The position numbers and the translations under genes are program-made. Of a stretch of DNA of 64,000 bases, positions 37,855-64,000 are shown in pieces. Below the pieces are notes generated by a model. It was not told the origin of the DNA and did not search any database. It saw only the letters and a program-made list of their open reading frames with translations. Where the stretch lies: NCBI GenBank assembly GCA_963693365.1, contig CAVNZM010000017.1:845989-909988 (forward strand), written 5' to 3'. The stretch comes from Amoebidium appalachense (taxonomy: Eukaryota > Protista > Ichthyosporea). Each line of letters begins with the position of its first letter. Positions within the stretch are counted from its first letter, which is position 1.

Positions 37855-38438
37855 CAGAGAGAGAAAGGCAGAGAGGGGGGGGGGGAGGGAGTGGGGGGGG
37901 GGGGGGGGGAGAGAGAGAAAGAGGCGTAGGGATAAACGAGGGGGAGACGGGGGCAGGATGGGGAGGATGTTCAAATGGCCATGGGAGGGAGGTATAGAGA
38001 CGAGACACACAAACTAAGATACCACGAGGGAAGAACGACCCGGTTCATTAAATCCTTGAACACACACACCTGCAGTTTTAACGTGTAGAAGGGCAACTGC
38101 ATCATTGTCTGCTTGAGCTGTGGGTCCTCCAGAACATTACCCGTTTCCATACTGGCAGCTATCTCAGCAACCTCTTTCAACAGCGACTCTTGCTCCTCTT
38201 TGATCTTCAACAATAAATCCTCCAGATGATGAATGTCTTCGGCTACAGTGGCGACTACAGCCTGTGCAAATGCCTCTGAGGGTGGTTTCTCGCCATCGAT
38301 ATCCGAGGTGTGATTTTTCTCCTGAGATGGGGCCTGTGCACCTTGGGAAGGGGGTTCTCCCTCCTGTGCGCGTGTTGTAAGAGGATGGTCGGCGGGACCT
38401 GCGTGCTCCTGTATCACAGTGGGCGTGTTTTCTGCCAT
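36839..38438 (-). CDS. BLOC1S6: BLOC-1 subunit 6 (pallidin), 2 exons
   Basis: Exons 38438-38070 and 37030-36839 (GT-AG, phase 0). The coiled coil YTLKLQIVRKEMVTLVEKSRKMRERAGKLEE...ELALQKQLLAQPA matches the pallidin C-terminal pattern as I recall it. Confidence 0.8.
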
Positions 38439-39068
38439 GCTTTCTACCTTGCAAACGACTGCATCATGTTCGCGATGTGGTGCGGTTTGAAGATGGAATT
38501 TCGTAGGTGCTCAATGAACATGTCTTGCACGGATGAACAGCAATTGCGCATATATGTCAGCAATGGCGGAGGAAACTTCCAGTTTTGCACTTGGTATAAG
38601 CAAGTTAAACTGTAGAATGGAGAAAGATCATATGCTCTCATCTGCCTATGTACATTCAGCTTGTGCAGTTCGATTCAACTCAGAACTGACTCATCAGGAA
38701 AAGGAAGCTTTGAAAGACCATCGATCAGTGGACTGTGAAACGGTGACGTAAAACTGACAACTCTTTGGGTTTGCACTTGTAGACTACAAAAACCTCGAAA
38801 CTAAAAATAGAACCCTAATACACGCCAATGTCAAATATAGTTTTGGAATTCCATTCTTGGCCCACTAGCCTCCGGGCGCCTGACAACAGCCAATCATTCT
38901 CGTCTCCGTGTTGCCTACAGGAATTTTCCCTCCAAGTTTTCCGGCACACTTCAACAGAGAGAGGAAGGGAGAGAGAGCGGAGGAAAAACAAGAAAAAGTA
39001 GGGAGGGAAAGAGTATAGGGGCTGCCTTGTAGGGCGCTCGTTCTTTTATGCTGCGGCTGTGACATAAA

Positions 39069-53235
<14,167 letters not shown>

Positions 53236-53500
53236 GCACTGGGTGAGGGGGAGAAAAGGAGACCACAGATAGGCCTGGCGTCTGCTGGCGTGTACATACT
53301 GATCACCGATTAAACGAACAAATAAAAACACGACCAAATAAAAAAGCACAACATGAACATATCCAATGTTGTCCACTATTTGTGTGATGTGCTCTTTGTC
53401 CGGCGGACACAACTGTGTTCAACTAATGTTTTTCGGTCGTGAATCCGTCGTGTTTTGCCGTGTTTCCGTGCCAATCCCTCCCCCCCCCCCCCCCTTCCCC

Positions 53501-53608
53501 CCTGCCTGCACGCTTGAATTGCTTTGATTTTGGATTCCCCACTTTCGTGATGTTTTGTTGTTGCTCTTTGTTTTCTCCTCCATATTTTCAACCCTCTCAC
53601 GCACACAT
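53501..53608 (+). mobile_element. C-tract-associated element, subfamily D fragment
   Basis: CTGCCTGCACGCTT and TTGCTCTTTGTT.TCTCCTCC.TATTT.CAACCCTCT.ACGCA.ACATC are shared with 42140-42225. Confidence 0.7.
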
Positions 53609-53637
53609 CCCCCATCCCCCCCCCCCCCGGAATTCAT

Positions 53638-53682
<45 letters not shown>

Positions 53683-54330
53683 GCCCCCCCTCCCCCCAAA
53701 CACACACACACACACACAAAAAAGAAGAAGAAAAAAAAACCCCCCCACACATGCATGTACCGGCGTGCGCACGCACAAAAACACATACACTCACTCCCTC
53801 ACACAACACAATCACACACACACACACCTACATGGTCCACACACATACCCAAAGAAAGGTCACCATGTCGCATTACACCTGTAAACACCGTTTACACGCG
53901 CACACCAAAACTTCAGTACGTGTTGTAGACACAAAAAGAATCTATAACAAAACATTTTAGAGATTCTTTTTGTATCTACGTTATGGTTTTCTCATAATAT
54001 CTATGAATGCATATATATATATGTGCCCGAACCATAATATGTACAGCCATGCGTCTATTTATGATATGTCTTGCCCTGTAGGTGTCCTTTAAATCTACTG
54101 CAGCATAATTTTAGACAAGAAAAAACATTAACCCCCATATCATAACGGGTTAATTATAAAGCACGGAGTATTAGTCTTATGAATTATATATGGTATTACA
54201 GTGGCTATATATAGCTATTCTAGAAGCTAAACAACACATAGAGCTGCCTAATATATCTGCCCATTAATTAAGGTAACTCAACAAACATCACCAAAAGAAA
54301 CCAGCCAGCTTGCTCATTTTAACCTAGATA

Positions 54331-55671
54331 CTAATAAGGAAATTTGCTATAGTCGCCCGAACCTTTGGGGTATGCTTGGGGGGAGGGCTGAGGGGTCACG
54401 GGTGCAGAGGAAGGGTGCACGAATGGGTAGTGGGGGAAGGAGGGGGAAGGTGGGGGGATGAATGCGGAGGGAGCAGAGGGGGCAAAGGGGTCGAATGCAT
54501 TCCCGGTTTGCGCAAAAGGATTAGTCACACTGTAGGCCGGAGGGGGGAGGAGTCCTTCGATGAGTGTGGCTTGGGGGGCTTGGGGTGGCGGGGAAGAGAT
54601 GAGCCTGATGCGGTGTGTCTTTAACTGTGTCTTCTTCTCTTCGTAGTGTGCTTTAACCGCCGAGTATTTCGCACTCACCGCGCTCTCGTTTCTCTCCAAC
54701 CACGCCAGCCCCGCCTGCAGGTGTGTGTATGTTTCCTCCGTGCGTCTCAGACTGTCCTTCACCTGCTTGGCCACCACAATATCCGTTACCATGCTGTTGA
54801 ACATCATGTCAATGAAGGGCGACATGGAACGAACGAGGTTCGGGTCTATGGGTTGAATCTCCGAAACGTAACTCTTAGCCTGCAAAACCTCCGCCGCTGC
54901 CCCTTGCAGTGTCTGTGCAGCCCCCCTCAAAAACTGATGTTTTCTCCTGTCTACCATGACGTTCCCCATCCCAGGGTTACGTCCCGGAGGGCCACCGCGA
55001 CGCCTAGCGCTCATGGCAACATCGACCGCACACAAACGCGACGCTTGTTGAAGCAACTGCACCGCTTTGGCGCACTCCTGTGTTCCCTTCCGAAGGTGTT
55101 TCAGCGCGTTTTCGTGTGTTTCCTTACGTTTTTTGTTCTTCTCCAGTTCGGGTTTGAGAGATTTCACCTCTGCTTGAAGCTGCTTCTCGTAGCTGTCTCC
55201 TGCCCCAGCCGGCCCGTCGAAAACACGCAAAAGGAGGTTCTTCTGTTGCTCCTTTAACCCCTTAAGTGCAGCCTCGTCGGAGTAGACACGAGAGAGCGTG
55301 TTTGTTACTTCTCGCAACTCGCTCTGGCATCTCTCCATCTCACCCACTTTGACTCCATGAAGTTCCATGTTCCTTTGTGTCCGATCCTGGTTCTTGGCGA
55401 TCTTGTCGTCTAGCGTCCCTGTCACCCTCGAAAGGAAGCGTGACACACCTCTCTTCTCAAGCGTTTCTATCTTTCCCTGGCTCCTATAGGCCTCTCTCTT
55501 GTGGTTTTCAGCCTGTGTTTTCAGTTGCTTGAGCTCCGCTTCAAGTTTTGCCTTATGCGATTCATAACGTTTCTTTGTAGAATCTATGTTCAAGCTCTCT
55601 AGCCTTACGACTTCGGAACCTAGGCGTGCCCATTCTTGGGCGTCCTCGGCCCGAACAAATGAGTTAGCCAT
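54331..55671 (-). CDS. Intronless ~446-aa alpha-helical/coiled-coil protein with a Pro-rich C-terminal tail, function unknown
   Basis: Long ORF free of microsatellites, first ATG at 55671, heptad-like K/E/L/Q-rich segments; tail contains PPAY, NPF, DPF and PSAP. Confidence 0.85.
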   Translation of the reverse strand: MANSFVRAEDAQEWARLGSEVVRLESLNIDSTKKRYESHKAKLEAELKQLKTQAENHKREAYRSQGKIETLEKRGVSRFLSRVTGTLDDKIAKNQDRTQRNMELHGVKVGEMERCQSELREVTNTLSRVYSDEAALKGLKEQQKNLLLRVFDGPAGAGDSYEKQLQAEVKSLKPELEKNKKRKETHENALKHLRKGTQECAKAVQLLQQASRLCAVDVAMSARRRGGPPGRNPGMGNVMVDRRKHQFLRGAAQTLQGAAAEVLQAKSYVSEIQPIDPNLVRSMSPFIDMMFNSMVTDIVVAKQVKDSLRRTEETYTHLQAGLAWLERNESAVSAKYSAVKAHYEEKKTQLKTHRIRLISSPPPQAPQATLIEGLLPPPAYSVTNPFAQTGNAFDPFAPSAPSAFIPPPSPSFPHYPFVHPSSAPVTPQPSPQAYPKGSGDYSKFPY

Positions 55672-57003
55672 AATAAAACCGTAAACCAAAAGTGAAAAAG
55701 AGAAGTCTGTATACGTATTAACACTACGTGTCAGAGAAGCAAAATTTGGGGGGTTTAAACTTTACGCTATTTACTCGATGCAAAGTAAAAAAGGGAGGAG
55801 AATGCAGGCTGGAAAGTTTATATATAGGAGCGTGTAGATCTAGAGAAGAGCACCTATTGGTTGTTTGGTATCTATTCTGGTTCCCCAGAAATCTCCATGA
55901 ACAAATGGGGTTTGTTCTTTATGGGTAGACAATTAAGTTAGAAATCTTTTTTCGCACGAAATTTTGCCACTGAATGACACGGATTTTACAATCTATTTTC
56001 ATACGTGTGCACAGTGCAGCTGCAATAAACTCTGTAATTATATCATGGATGTTTAAAAAGGTACGGCTACACGATAATCTTCCAATAATGCTCTAGAAAG
56101 CCGTCTGTCCAACTTTGTCCAACTCCAGATCCAAACATAAACTTTTCCTTTAACATTTCCAAATGGAAGTGTTTTTGGCACCCCCCTTAAAGAGGTATTT
56201 AGGGTTCCTGCTATGCAGCCTATGCTGTACATAAATCACAAGCGTGTTTCCTATTGGTCAATGATAATTCCATTAGATCAGGTACTTGCACTTTAGGCTC
56301 TTGCACTTATAAGACGTCGACAAGGGACAACACGCATGTATTTTACCATGAACAAATGCTAACAGAAAAAACTAAAACAGAATAATATATATTTTATACT
56401 TTTCCATAGCAGCCCTTCTGTTCATACCAATACATGTCATACATATATAACCCAGGCGGTCGATCTAAAATATGTTGGCTCCGTATCCGGATCCATGTGA
56501 CCGGCCGCGTACACGTGCCGGGCACGCGCGCAAGTTGTGCTTCTTTTTCCACCGTTCCGGTTTGCGAAAGAACACACAGGAGACGTGGTATCTGCGAGCC
56601 TCATATAGGTGTATTCGACTGAATGATTATAATGTTCACGTGTGTGCACGTGCATGTGCCTGTTGTAGTACGTCCCTGCACTTGTACATGTACATAGGTG
56701 GGTGTACACGTGTGTGCGTGGCACATGTGCAACAAAACGGTGTATATTATGGGTGTACACATGTGTGCACACACGTGTGTGTGTGTCAAAAAATGAGTGT
56801 GTCTGTTTTGTCTATGTGTGTGTGTGTGCGTGCGCACCTGCGTGTGTGTGTGTGTGCGTGTACATACACGGCACGGTGTGCACGCATGCGTGCGTGTGTG
56901 TATGTGCATGTGAATGGTTCCCCCCCTCTGTTTCCCCGACCTGAGGCTCGCTCTCTCTCTCTATATATAATCTCTTTCTCTCTCTCTCTCTCTCTCTCTC
57001 CCC

Positions 57004-57098
<95 letters not shown>

Positions 57099-57310
57099 TC
57101 TCTCTCTCACTCTCACTCACCCTCACACACACACACACTCTCTCTCTCTCTCTCTCTCCCCCCCCCCCCCCCCCCTCTCTCTCTCTCTCTCTCTTTCTCT
57201 CCTCTGTCTCTCTCTGCCCCTCCCCTTTCTCCCTCTGTGTGTGTGGTGTTTGTGTGTGTGTGTGCGCGCGTTTGTGTGTGTGTGTGTGTTTGTATGTGTG
57301 TGGTGTGTGT

Positions 57311-57347
<37 letters not shown>

Positions 57348-57465
57348 CGTGTGTTCGTGTGTGCGTGTGTAGGTCTGTGCCGTGTATGTGCCTGTGTGGT
57401 AATGTGTGTGCGTGTGTGTGCGTGTGACACGGTGTGTGTGTGTGTGTGTGTGTGCGAGTGCGTGC

Positions 57466-57576
<111 letters not shown>

Positions 57577-59010
57577 ACTTATGTTTGTGTGCGGCGCGTG
57601 TATGTATGTGTGCGTACACATTTTCTTTTTTGAGAGCCACACACCAAGGCCCGGTGTGTCGTGTGTGGTTCGGTGTAGCATTGATAATGCACACACTCGT
57701 GTTAGTGTGTGGGTGGGTGAGTGGGTAGATGAATGTAAATGTGTTTGTGGATGTGTTCGTTCTATGTGCTCGTGCAATCATTTATTGAGCTTGTGCGCGA
57801 GTGTGAGAGGCCAAGCACGGGGACGATAAAATGGCTTTAAATTTCAAATCATTTAAAAAAACTTTCTGCAAAGGTAGTTTAATCAGTTGCCAGTGCACAA
57901 AGTGAAATTTGCACGGGTTTGGAGTGCTATAGTGGGAGTGGATGTGTGTTTTTGTGTGTGTGTGCGCGCGCGTGTTCGTGTGTGCGTGTGTTCCTGTGTG
58001 CTGCGTGCATGTGTGAGTGCGCCCGTGCGTGCGTGCGTGCGTGCGTGCGTGCGTGTGTGCATGCAGCTTTGTGTGCTTTTGTGCTGGTGCGAAGCACGAA
58101 GAAATTGGGATGTTCTTTTTTTTTTTTTTTTTTTTTTGAAATAAGTGCTGCGCATAAGTGAAGCACATTCACATATACTGGAGGAAGTCACGAGGAAACC
58201 CGGTGACCAAGAGGTATGTTCTCTGTTTAGCATTAATGCCTGCTTTGGGGCTAGGTTTAGGTCTTGTCAGAGGAAAGTTATATGCATGACTCAAGTTGCT
58301 TTGGTTGTAATTCATTTATTCTGGTGAACATAGATATTTTGCTTCAACGGCATTCTGATTGTCATGATATATATTTATATAACAGCTGAGTTTTGCATTA
58401 CACAGCCTACGGTAATATTAATAATATCAAGCAGTTTTCCTTTTGGGTTTATACAGTTGCTATATACAAGAAACTTTTTTTGAAACGCGCCTATTATTTA
58501 CATAGTACTCAAACTTTCCTCTATAAAACAAAGCCACTATTGACTTAGATTCCATTACACATGCTCAAACTACTCGACGAATCTGCCCTTTAGGCTACCC
58601 ACTAGGCTACACCACCCAAAACCTAAGCACCGCGCGACATTCTGATCGCCATTATGTAAACGGCAGCCTCTGTGGCTGTGCACCGAATATCCGGGTCAGG
58701 GCACAAAACACTCTGCAGCAGCAACAACACATCGTCAGGGAAAGAATTCCACCTTTTTGCCTCACCGGGAGAGTGTGTTCCGTGAATGTAGAGAAAGAAC
58801 TTAGAGCCTCTCCGTGCCTTTTAATGTAATGTAGCTCAGAAGAACAAGGGGGAGAGGAGAGGGGGGGGGGGGGGGGAGAGGGGGGGGGGGGGGGAGGAGG
58901 GGGGAAGGGCAGAGACTGGTCTCCTGCCCTTTTCTTCTCCTGGGCCCCGGAGAGATTTCGATATTAACCGAGCCAGAAGAATGATTATTTAGCTCCCCCC
59001 CCCCCCCCCC

Positions 59011-59050
<40 letters not shown>

Positions 59051-59854
59051 CCCCTCCCCCCTCCCCCCCCTGGTGCCCCCCCACCCCACCCCCTCCTGGT
59101 GCCCCACCGGTTGAAAAATTAGGATTCAGTAAGAGTTTCGGTGCAGCATCATCTACACTCGTGTGTATGTGGCGTGGCGCCCACATGGGTATGTATGTAT
59201 AAGTCAATAACATGTTGTTCGGTATTTAACCTATGCTCGGGTCAACGACGAGCAAACAAGTGATTGCTTGCAGCGATTGGCAGTGATTCGCCTCACCATG
59301 ATGACATATCCATGTATATATGCATGGTGTCCATGTGTGTGTGTATGGTACACGCAGACAGTCTGGGATACGTGCCGAGACTGACTTGTCACATGTGCCA
59401 AGATGTGCTGGTGAGTATAATCCCCTCCTCCCCCACCCCGTGCACCCCCCTGCCCCCCTGCACCCACCCTCCTCCCCCTCCTTTGAAGATCCGGACTAAT
59501 TTATCGGTAATGACATTCTATTGCACAACCACGGTAGTAATACATCACGTGCACAGTGCGATTGTGTACGAATAGTATTCTATTTCTGGGACAGACAGGT
59601 TGAGAACCCCCATTATGTGGAGTGAAGCTTGATTTTTCCGGCCGGGCCCAGGCGGGGGGAGGGGGGTGAGGGGGGGGGGGGAGAAGGGAGGGGGAAGCCG
59701 GGGGGATATGACGATATAAAACGCTAAGTGCTACCCTGAGTGCAGTTTGACCTGCTGGAAGACTAATTGGTCAGGAAGCAATGTCGATAATAAATGCAGT
59801 TTAGATTAGCAAGACTCAAAAGCTACTGTTAAGTGGTTTGCAGGGGGGGGCTGG

Positions 59855-59896
<42 letters not shown>

Positions 59897-60144
59897 GGGG
59901 GAAGGGGAGGGGGAGGGGAGGGGGGGCAAGGGGGGGGGGGGGGGGAAGGGGGGAAGGGGAGGGGAGGGGGGGGGGGGGGGGGGGAAGGGGAGAAAGGGTT
60001 TTGGTCTAGAAACTCTTTCGGCCGTAGGTTTCATAACCTCATTTGTTCCCCCCTCCCCCCGCCCCCCCCCCCCCCCCCCGGTACCTGGGGGGTGGGGGGG
60101 GGACTCCGCCGGGGGGGGGGGGGGGGGGGAGGGGGCAAAAAGGG

Positions 60145-60180
<36 letters not shown>

Positions 60181-60411
60181 CGGGCGCATGCGCAGGAGCG
60201 CCGGCGGCTGTGCACTGCGTGACACTAGGGCCTGTTGTGTTTTCAGATTGCGGCTGTGGAATTTATAATATAGATGTTCGGGTGTGTTTTGGCTCTTTGA
60301 TTACGTCACAGTTTTTCCGACCTGGCTGATTTGTTCTCGCCTCTGATCTTCGTTCGTTCGCACGCGTACGCGTGTGCCTGCGCGTGCACATACACACACA
60401 CACACACACAT

Positions 60412-60491
<80 letters not shown>

Positions 60492-60516
60492 GCACTGTGA
60501 CACACACGTGCACTGT

Positions 60517-60590
<74 letters not shown>

Positions 60591-62024
60591 ATAACACACG
60601 AACAAAAAACCTACACGTGCAACTACACACAGATCTAAACTGTTACACATTAATTGTAATATTCTCGCACAACTTGATGCATGGGTGAGCGTGGGCCATG
60701 CAAACGGTTACAATCTCTATTATAAGTTTAGCTAGTTAGTCTAGAGTCTGTCGGGACACACATGCACTAACCTTTTTCTGAGGTAACATTACAATGTCAT
60801 ACCTAAGCAAACGCTTCCGTTTGCTTTTCAAAGATCTTTATAAGCCAATCAGAAGGGAAATATATGAAGTCTTGAACATTTTTTTACTCGTGCAGATGGT
60901 CTTCTCTCCGCTCCCCCCCCTCCCCCCTCCCCCTCCCTCCCCCCTCCCCCCCCCCCCCCCCCCCCCCGGCCCCCACACACACACGTACGTACGTGCGTGC
61001 GTGACGTACTCACGCAGACGTGAGCACCTGTATGCAGCACGGTGAGCACGGTATACATAATCAGTTGCCCCCTGTCTAGCTATAGGCTTAGCGACTAACT
61101 AACATCACGCGGCGGGGAGCTGGGGTGGAGGGGCGGGGGGCCCTGGGGGGGGGGGGGGGAGGGGGGGGGGGGGGCATATGCCGGGGGGGGGGGGGGAAGA
61201 GGGAGGGGGGGGGGGGAGCTCGAGGGGCGCCCCCTCCCTTTCCCCCCCAACCCCTACCGCCCTCTCCCCCCCTTCCCCCCCCCCCCCCCCCCCCCCCCTT
61301 TCCCCGCCTCTGTGAGGTGAAACGGGATAAAACATAGAATAAAAATACCATATGCAAGTCATGTTATACTGAGAGCCGGATCGTCTGGGACAGTAGGATT
61401 CCCGACTCCCGAGTCGGATCTAGATCCAATCACTATTACCAACCAGGGCTGCGCGAGCATACCATTGAAGCATACCTCGAATCCATAAACTTCTTTGCAA
61501 TTGGAGGGCAGGGTCACGGCCTTCGTGTTTCGTGTTTCTCTTTCTGACTCTTTTCAAGTGGTTGAGCAATGAGCTGATTCATTGATGTACTGCAAGCCCA
61601 ATAAAAGCTGTATGCTCAGAAAAGAACAAAGAAGTACTTAATATATTTATAATATCCAGCTTGATGCTTCGTTTACTAACTCGAAGCCCCAACATATGGA
61701 TGCACCGTTGAACATTATGGGCCACATGTATGCTATTTGAAATTTTTGATTGACTGCCAGATTTTCTGAAAAAACGTCCCTGTGTCGTTGCCATGGTGGC
61801 GCCGGCGCTGCAGCCTGTGCCAGGCAGCTGCAGGGCATGCGCATGCGCAGCCGCTGACTGGGGCCTAGCAACTTTTTTTTTCTTGGTCAGGTACACACAG
61901 GTGTTTGCGAACGCACACACCCAAGGCAGTCACCGTATCATGCCATTGAAAACACTTTCCGGCTCTGACAGTTTGGGTCAACTCGGAATATGCATATGAT
62001 TATGACAGACTGGGTCCCGCGAAC

Positions 62025-62061
<37 letters not shown>

Positions 62062-62095
62062 ATGTGTGTGTGTGTGTGTGTGTGAGTGTGTGTGT

Positions 62096-62161
<66 letters not shown>

Positions 62162-62538
62162 ATGTGCGTGTGTGTGTGTGTGTGTGTGTGCGTGCCAGGT
62201 GTTTGTGTTTGTGTGTGCGGGCGTGTGTGTACATGTGTGTGTGTGCACATGTGTGTGTGTGTGTGCGTGTGTGTGTGTGTACATGCATGTGCACTTGTGT
62301 ATTGGTGTTTGTGCGTGTATTTGTGTGTGCGTGTATTTGCGTGTGCGTGTATTTGTGTGTGCGTGTATTTGTGTGTGCGTATATTTGTGTGTGCGTGTAT
62401 GTGTGTGTGCGTGTATTTGTGTGTGCGTAAGTGTACACATGTGTGTGGGGGTGTGTGTCATGTATACAATGTCTATGACAGATAGAGGGTGTGTATCGAT
62501 ATCTGTATGTGCCTGACTGTGTGTAGTAAGGCCCGCAG

Positions 62539-62581
62539 GCGCGCCCCCGCCAGGGGGCGCGCAGAACCATGAACTTTCTAG
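62539..62581 (+). mobile_element. Probable Helitron 3' terminus
   Basis: Perfect GC hairpin GCGCGCCCCC-GCCA-GGGGGCGCGC, a 15-nt spacer, then CTAG followed by T. Confidence 0.5.
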
Positions 62582-62883
62582 TTAAAACTATAGCATAAAA
62601 GCATAAAATGTTCTCGATGTGTATCATTAGTTTCGGCTTGTGCAAATGCAGGCGAATTTGAAGGGGGGGGGGGGGGGGAGGGGGAAGTAGTAAATATCGA
62701 GGTCCCCCGTTGTACCCCCCCCCCCCTCCCCCCCCCCCCCCCTTCACCCCAAGGTAGCCGCAGGGGTTGGTGTGTCTCCTCCCCCCGAGTTGGTGGTGGG
62801 TCCCCCCCCCTCCCCCCCTCCCCCTGTGCGCGGCGTGATCATGGCTAGAGTCTTTTTTCCACCCACCAAAGCTTGTATTCGTT

Positions 62884-62945
<62 letters not shown>

Positions 62946-63085
62946 GTCTTCCCATCCCTTTGTGCAGGTGCTCTTCTTCTGCCGGATGTATACTCTTTGT
63001 GTGTTCTTGGCATCGTCTGCTTTGTGTTGTCCGCGGCAAATGTGTACTATATGCTCCATAACATTTTCTAACGAACCCCCTCCCC

Positions 63086-63117
<32 letters not shown>

Positions 63118-63187
63118 ATTCCCCCCCCCCCCCCCTCCGGCCTCCCTCCCCCTGTTCATCTACACAAGTAAATGCACGTGCACCCGT

Positions 63188-63291
<104 letters not shown>

Positions 63292-63913
63292 CATACACAC
63301 ACACACCATGAGACACACGTACACACACGTACACATGCAACGGTCAACTATTTCTAAATTACGATTTATTTTAAGGGAAAGTTATCGTGCTCACCGTGCA
63401 GTGTTCGTGTGCGTATCTGTGTGGCGGAAAAAGTTTGTATGTGTGCCGTGTGGATGAGTGTATCTGCTTGTTTATGCGTATATCGGGGTGCGCCTCGTGC
63501 TGTGCGTGTGTGGTGCATACGTGTGCAGGTACCGTGTGAATTAAATACGTGTGGAAGTGTGCATGTGTGTGCGCGCATGGTGGGACGATTGGAGACGAGC
63601 GTGTATGTGTGTGTGGGGGGGGGGGGGGGGGGGAGGGGGGGGAGGGAAGGGTGGGTATCACCGTACGGCGTATAGCATGAGTTGCGGGTGATCAAGGACT
63701 CCTATTAGCTAGCCTCAATGTTAAAGTTTTTGGAATGTATGTAAACCGCTGCTAAATTATAGCTATATTCAATATCAGTGATCTGTTTTAGTCATAGTAG
63801 TCACATGATTGCAGCCTATGGAGTGGGTGGGTCCTCCCCACCCTCCCCTGCTAGCCGAAGGGATAGGACGGTTCTTCCCCCTCCCCCTCCCTGCCAACCC
63901 TGCCCCCCCCCCC

Positions 63914-63945
<32 letters not shown>

Positions 63946-64000
63946 ATAACTATTCCCCCCCGCCCCGTTTCAAAATTAGGGATATCCCTTGCTATGTTTG

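Overview
Eukaryotic genomic DNA, probably a unicellular opisthokont/holozoan (inferred from gene content, not proven). It is very intron-rich and saturated with (CA/GT)n, (GA)n and poly-C/poly-G tracts, so nearly all ORFs in the supplied track are microsatellite read-through artefacts. Manual exon stitching recovers: the 5' part of an F-box gene (-), PGAM5 (-, 7 exons), an intronless H2A.X with a histone-type 3' stem-loop, a 19-exon cysteinyl-tRNA synthetase (mitochondrial CARS2-like core with a cytosolic CARS1-like tail), the 3' end of a single-pass membrane protein gene (-), BLOC1S6/pallidin (-), a 20-exon STT3, and an intronless coiled-coil ORF with ESCRT/endocytic motifs. Mobile DNA includes a complete hAT-type MITE (14-bp TIR, 8-bp TSD) and a probable Helitron 3' end. 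The most interesting signal is a family of about 14 short non-coding elements in at least 4 subfamilies. They sit almost always between C-tracts, have fixed 3' ends, variable 5' truncation and 1.x-mer head-to-tail copies of a ~440-bp monomer, and lie mostly on the host sense strand. They share a predicted pseudoknotted RNA fold supported by compensatory base changes. This fits a poly-C-associated, Penelope-like non-autonomous retroelement carrying a structured RNA I do not recognise. Splice signals are also unusual: (CA)n-CAG acceptors instead of polypyrimidine tracts, G-rich acceptors, C-tracts hugging donors, and two GC donors. Positions 56-64 kb could not be annotated with confidence.
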